Shown here in pieces: positions 59,837 to 64,000 of a DNA stretch of 64,000 bases (position 1 is its first letter; every line of letters begins with the position of its first letter). The notes below the pieces were generated by a model. It was given only the letters and a program-made list of their open reading frames with translations. It was not told where the DNA came from and searched no databases. Source of the DNA: Psammoneis japonica (Eukaryota); the NCBI GenBank assembly GCA_008632985.1, contig QPGO01000271.1, positions 1 to 64,000 of the forward strand, written 5' to 3'. The translations under genes and the position numbers were made by a program.

Positions 59837-60850
59837 TCATTTTAAAATGCATGTGTTTGCAAGATGACTGCATCTGGCATGCTCCTGTTTTAAAGAAAGC
59901 AATGATGAGGGAGCAGCTGACATGGACAAGCTGCGGCACCCAGTCAAAAAGGCAAAGGAGAGAAGCCTGGCAGGTCTGCTGGATGACTTGTCGCTGGCGA
60001 TGGCAGCTGTGAAACAATCCTTGCCACCAAGTGTTTCCTTGTGCTCCAGTTGGACGTGAAGCAGACGGCTGGGCTCCACTGCAGCTCCAGTGTTTCCCTC
60101 TTCTAACTGCACAAGAGCTGTTGGATCTTTGTCATCTTTTACATCAACAAGAGACAGGAGATGCTGCCATGTCTTGCACACACGCAGATCTGGCACCACT
60201 TTTTTAATCCAAAACTCCAACGACAACGCACCAGAGTCTAAAGATTTGTGCTTGTCACAAGTTGAAGTCATGTGGTCCATTGCAGCAGCAACATTGAACC
60301 TGCTGAGCATGTTTTGAGCAAAATTCTTGCTGCACAAATGGAGCTCTCTTTTGGTCTGCTTCAGCACCTTTTTGTCTTCCCCTTCCCAACAAACTTGCAC
60401 TGGTCCTTTGTCATGCATGTCATCAGGAAAAGACAACATGCTGAGATCAGTGTGTCATTCATGCCAAGTTGGGGCCAGATCTTTGCCATCTTTGCCACGC
60501 TTTTGTTGCGTGGGTGGATCCAAAGCATCCGTGTCATTGAGAAATTGCACGATGCAAAACTTGAGGTGCAGCTCCAAATCATCTGAGCTGCAGCCTGCCA
60601 GTGCATGTGCGTGCATGTTTGAGGCAGAATTTGGCATCTCAATGATGTCCAACACCTGCAATGTGGCAGATGGCAAAATGCCTGGAGGGTTGGTCACAGC
60701 CATGCAATCTGCAACACATTCATGCAGTTCTTTTGCATTGCCGTCCATTGGCAAGCCATGCATTTTTAGCCACACCTTTTTAAATGGTGCGGTCCAACTT
60801 GCTTGTTTGTCAACAGGCAGAAACACCACAGGTGGGCCACTGGGTGTTTC
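59837..60850 (-). pseudogene. C-terminal fragment of another DNA-transposase-like protein
   Basis: MLSFPDDMHDKGPVQVCWEGEDKKVLK resembles a GP.R..WEG motif I recall from Plavaka/CACTA-like proteins; unverified. Confidence 0.35.
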
Positions 60851-60948
60851 AAGCATCAAATTGGCAAAGAATTTGAACAAATGTGAAGATGAGGGAAAAT
60901 GTGCAATGATGGGCCAAATGGCAGATTGAAGCAGACCAGATTTGCAAA

Positions 60949-61560
60949 GTGCAAGCCCTTTGGAAGGACAAGGCAAAACAGCATTTTGCGGAGGACTTGG
61001 CGGATGGTGCAGAAGATGCGGGCAACAAGTGCCCAATGTTCCATGCATGGTCAGTTGCAGGTGACAAGCAAAAGCATTGTTCTGGTTGGAGGGCAAAGTG
61101 CAACTTCAAACATCACCACCCAAGTGTGTGCAAGGACATGATGGGACTGAAACCAGGCAAGACTTGTGAAATGCCTCATGAACTGGTTTTGTCCAAGCCA
61201 AAGCACATGTCAATCCCAACTTGTGGTCCCAAGGTTTGCTTTTTACAAGGCAACAACGACACATGTGTTTTTTCTTTGTTGGCCAGTGCACTGCATTGCT
61301 CACAAGATGAGTGCGTGACACATTGCATCGGTGGTCAAGTTGAGGCTTCTGCAACATCAGCAGCTGATGGTGACTGACGAATGTGATGATGGTCTGACAA
61401 AGTTCTGCAACACCATCAAGGTGGACTGTGCCAGAGATGGCAGCATCACAATGGAAGATTTGCTGTGCAAGAAGCTCACCTCATGTGGGTTGTCAAACAA
61501 CTGCTGCGCGACTGTGTGCAATGGTTGGATTTTTGACTCCAGTCATTCACATGCCGCATC
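60949..61560 (+). pseudogene. Possible papain-fold cysteine peptidase relic
   Basis: LQGNNDTCVFSLLASAL (Q..C) and ATVCNGWIFDS. Confidence 0.35.
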
Positions 61561-62531
61561 AAAAAGGCAGGTCTGCACTGAAAAGGTCTGGAGACATGAC
61601 AGAATCATCAGCTGCAAAAGTGGTGACATCATTGTCAGGGACAGCTGCAGAGTGAGAATCTGCATTGTTGGTCGGGGACAAAGGAGAGGGAGCAGTGTGT
61701 TTTGTGTGCTGGTGGATCAGTGTGTCGTGGTGGCTGGCTTCTGTGAAACTGAGAATGCGGTCTTTGCATTGAGGTCAATTTTTGCAAACAACCCAGCAGG
61801 CACTGCAGGGAGGGCACTGGAGGGTCACTGCTCATTTGTGCAGGCACTTGTCAAATGAGATGTGAAGAGCCATTTGGCAGCAGTGAGGGCATGTTCAAGC
61901 AAATTGGCTGGACAACTGCCACACAAACCACAGGAGAGTGACACAGGTTCCACAGACTAGAATGACAAGTCTGACTGACAACAGCCAATGATGAGTGTGT
62001 TGACAAAAGGATGGAGGCAACTCAGGCCAACACATGAGCACAATGGAGATGATGTGAGAAGGACACGTCATTGGTGATGTGGACACCTGTGACAATGAGG
62101 TGACATCATGAGAAACTTGGGACAAGAAGAACAATGATGATGGAACACTGCCGAGTGAAAAAATCATGCTGACATGGTGGGAAAGGAGGTGTGGCTGTGG
62201 GGCGACATGTTGGGGGAGCAGAAGTTGAGCACACCCAACATGCAGCACCCCCCCCCAACATGCAGACACCCAGGATGATGCATCTTGGGGGAGAAAACCA
62301 CTCCCCCATCATGCCAGAGCATTTCTGACTGATTGGTCCCCCAACATTTGGCAGGTTGGGTTGTTCTCTCATTTCCTGTGGAGTTGCGCAAGAAAGCACA
62401 CATCACAGATGATGTTTTCTTTTGCATTGATGAAAATGTGCAGCTGAATGAAGCATGGGCTGGCCTTGTCTCCTTGCTGCTTGTGCATGCACTGATGCCA
62501 GGCAGCAATGAACACCATGCACCCTTTGGTT

Positions 62532-63140
62532 GAAAACCTGGAAATCCAGAAAAAAGGAAGCCAAGAAATCCGGAAATGCAGAAACCCAGAAATCCAGAAA
62601 TGCAGAAGATGTGTTCCAGCCGTGTGTGAACCAAATTGTGCACAAAAACAACACATGCACAATTTTTGCATGGTCTCTGACTTGCGATCGATCTTTCTCC
62701 ACCAAAAGCATGGACTCGTGCAAATTTAAATGATTTGCAACACTGACAAGACTCATGTCAGCATTGCAATGTCATTGGTTTTGTGCAATCCATGTTTTTT
62801 GTTGCAACAAACAAGTGGTGACACAATGGATGATTTTTGGCAAAATTGTTGCCATCATTTTGATGTGAACACAAACAACTTTTCTGCAATGATGTCTGGC
62901 ACCAGAAATCTGGAAAAAAGGAAACCCAGAAGTCCAGAAAAAATGGAGCCCAGAAACCTGGACAGATGGAAAAACAGAAACCCGGAAATCTGGAAAAATG
63001 GAAACCCGGAAATCCAGAAAAACAGAAACCCGGAAATCCGGAACCCGGAAATGTGGAAACCCGGAAACCCGGAAAAACAGAAACCCAGAAATCTGGAAAC
63101 TCTGAAACCTGGAAATGTGGAAACCCGAAAACCTGGAAAA
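62532..63140. repeat. GAAACCCG/GAAATCCA-type 8-9-bp minisatellite, interrupted by a MITE fragment (62608-62898)
   Basis: Dozens of GGAAA/GAAAC units; the insert aligns with ~10942-11232. Confidence 0.85.
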
Positions 63141-63157
63141 ACAGCAAAGATTTTGGT

Positions 63158-64000
63158 TTCAGCTCAGACCCCACGGCATGTGCAGAACTTTCCAACAATT
63201 GCCGTGCATGTCTGCTTGGCAGTCCATCCCCTTGATCTTGATTCAAACAGAGGTGCAAAGACAAAACACCTCCCTTGGATGCAGATCGTGGCATGCTCAA
63301 ATCTCAAATCATGCGCTGCCCTGAATTTGATCATGGGGTGCCCTCAATTGAGAGTGGGCACCCTCAATCAAGGGTGGGCACCCTCAGCCAAGGGTGAGTG
63401 CCACAAATTGATGGCAAAAATGTGAGGAAAACAGGAGCTGAAGCCGCTTTCTTGCAATGAGGTGAGCTTGTTTGGCATGAATGACAGCTGCAATGCTGCA
63501 AATTCATTGACAGAAACAGCACACTCTTTGTCTCAGCTCAAACTCAACAGGTTGCACAGAACTTTCCAACAATTGCTGCACATGCCGGGTTGGCAGCCCC
63601 ACCCCTTTTTCTTGATTCAAACAGATGCAAAGACAAAACACCTCCCTTGTGGACACAGATTTTGGCATGCTCAAATCTCAAATCAAACACTGCCCTCAAT
63701 TTGATCATGGGGTGCCCTCAATGAAGGGTGGGCACCCTCAATCAAGGGTGAGTGCCCTCAACTGAGTGTGAACACCCCACATTGATGGCAAAAATGTGAG
63801 GAGAACAGGAAATGAAGCCACCTTCTTGTGACGAGGCAGGCTTGTTTGGCATGAATGACAGCTGCAATGCCGCGACGTCAATCACAAAAACCAACACACT
63901 CTGTGTTCAAGCACCTTGCTGTTGCCAACATTTTGTTGCAGCTCAGACCCCAGACTCCACGGGATGCACAGAAATTTCCAACAATTGCTGTGTGTGTCAT
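63158..64000 (+). repeat. ~375-400-bp tandem repeat (two full copies plus the start of a third)
   Basis: CAGCTCA.AC..CAGAA.TTTCCAACAATTGC at ~63160, ~63534, ~63939; the TTGTTTGGCATGAATGACAGCTGCAATGC block occurs twice. Confidence 0.85.

Noticed and set aside
1..64000. Hundreds of overlapping 60-250 aa ORFs as real genes
   Set aside because: Explained by loss of TAA/TAG stops; most are antisense or off-frame shadows of TE relics and lack motifs.

Overview
Eukaryotic, transposon-saturated DNA; the Copia/Gypsy/Sola/Plavaka-type proteins suggest a diatom or other stramenopile (inference). I recognise no intact host gene. The window is a nest of insertions, many bounded by LTRs/TIRs and target-site duplications (TSDs): Copia family A in several truncated copies; a full-length Copia B (19067-28738, TSD CCCTT); a three-LTR Gypsy derivative (33051-41470, TSD GATC) containing a complete Sola-like DNA transposon (37400-40701); TRIMs with a tRNA-like core; a MITE family with 4-bp TSDs; and a Plavaka-type region next to DOT1-like methyltransferase and 2OG-Fe(II) dioxygenase relics. 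The main signal is a directional TpA->TpG/CpA hypermutation of repeats (A:T->G:C at TA), the opposite direction to fungal RIP. TA is nearly absent outside about 33.3-41.5 kb, conserved Tyr residues read Cys/His, and sister LTRs and TSD copies differ at TA sites. Surviving TA lies mostly in YTAR contexts. All comparisons were made by eye; no counts or database searches were run.
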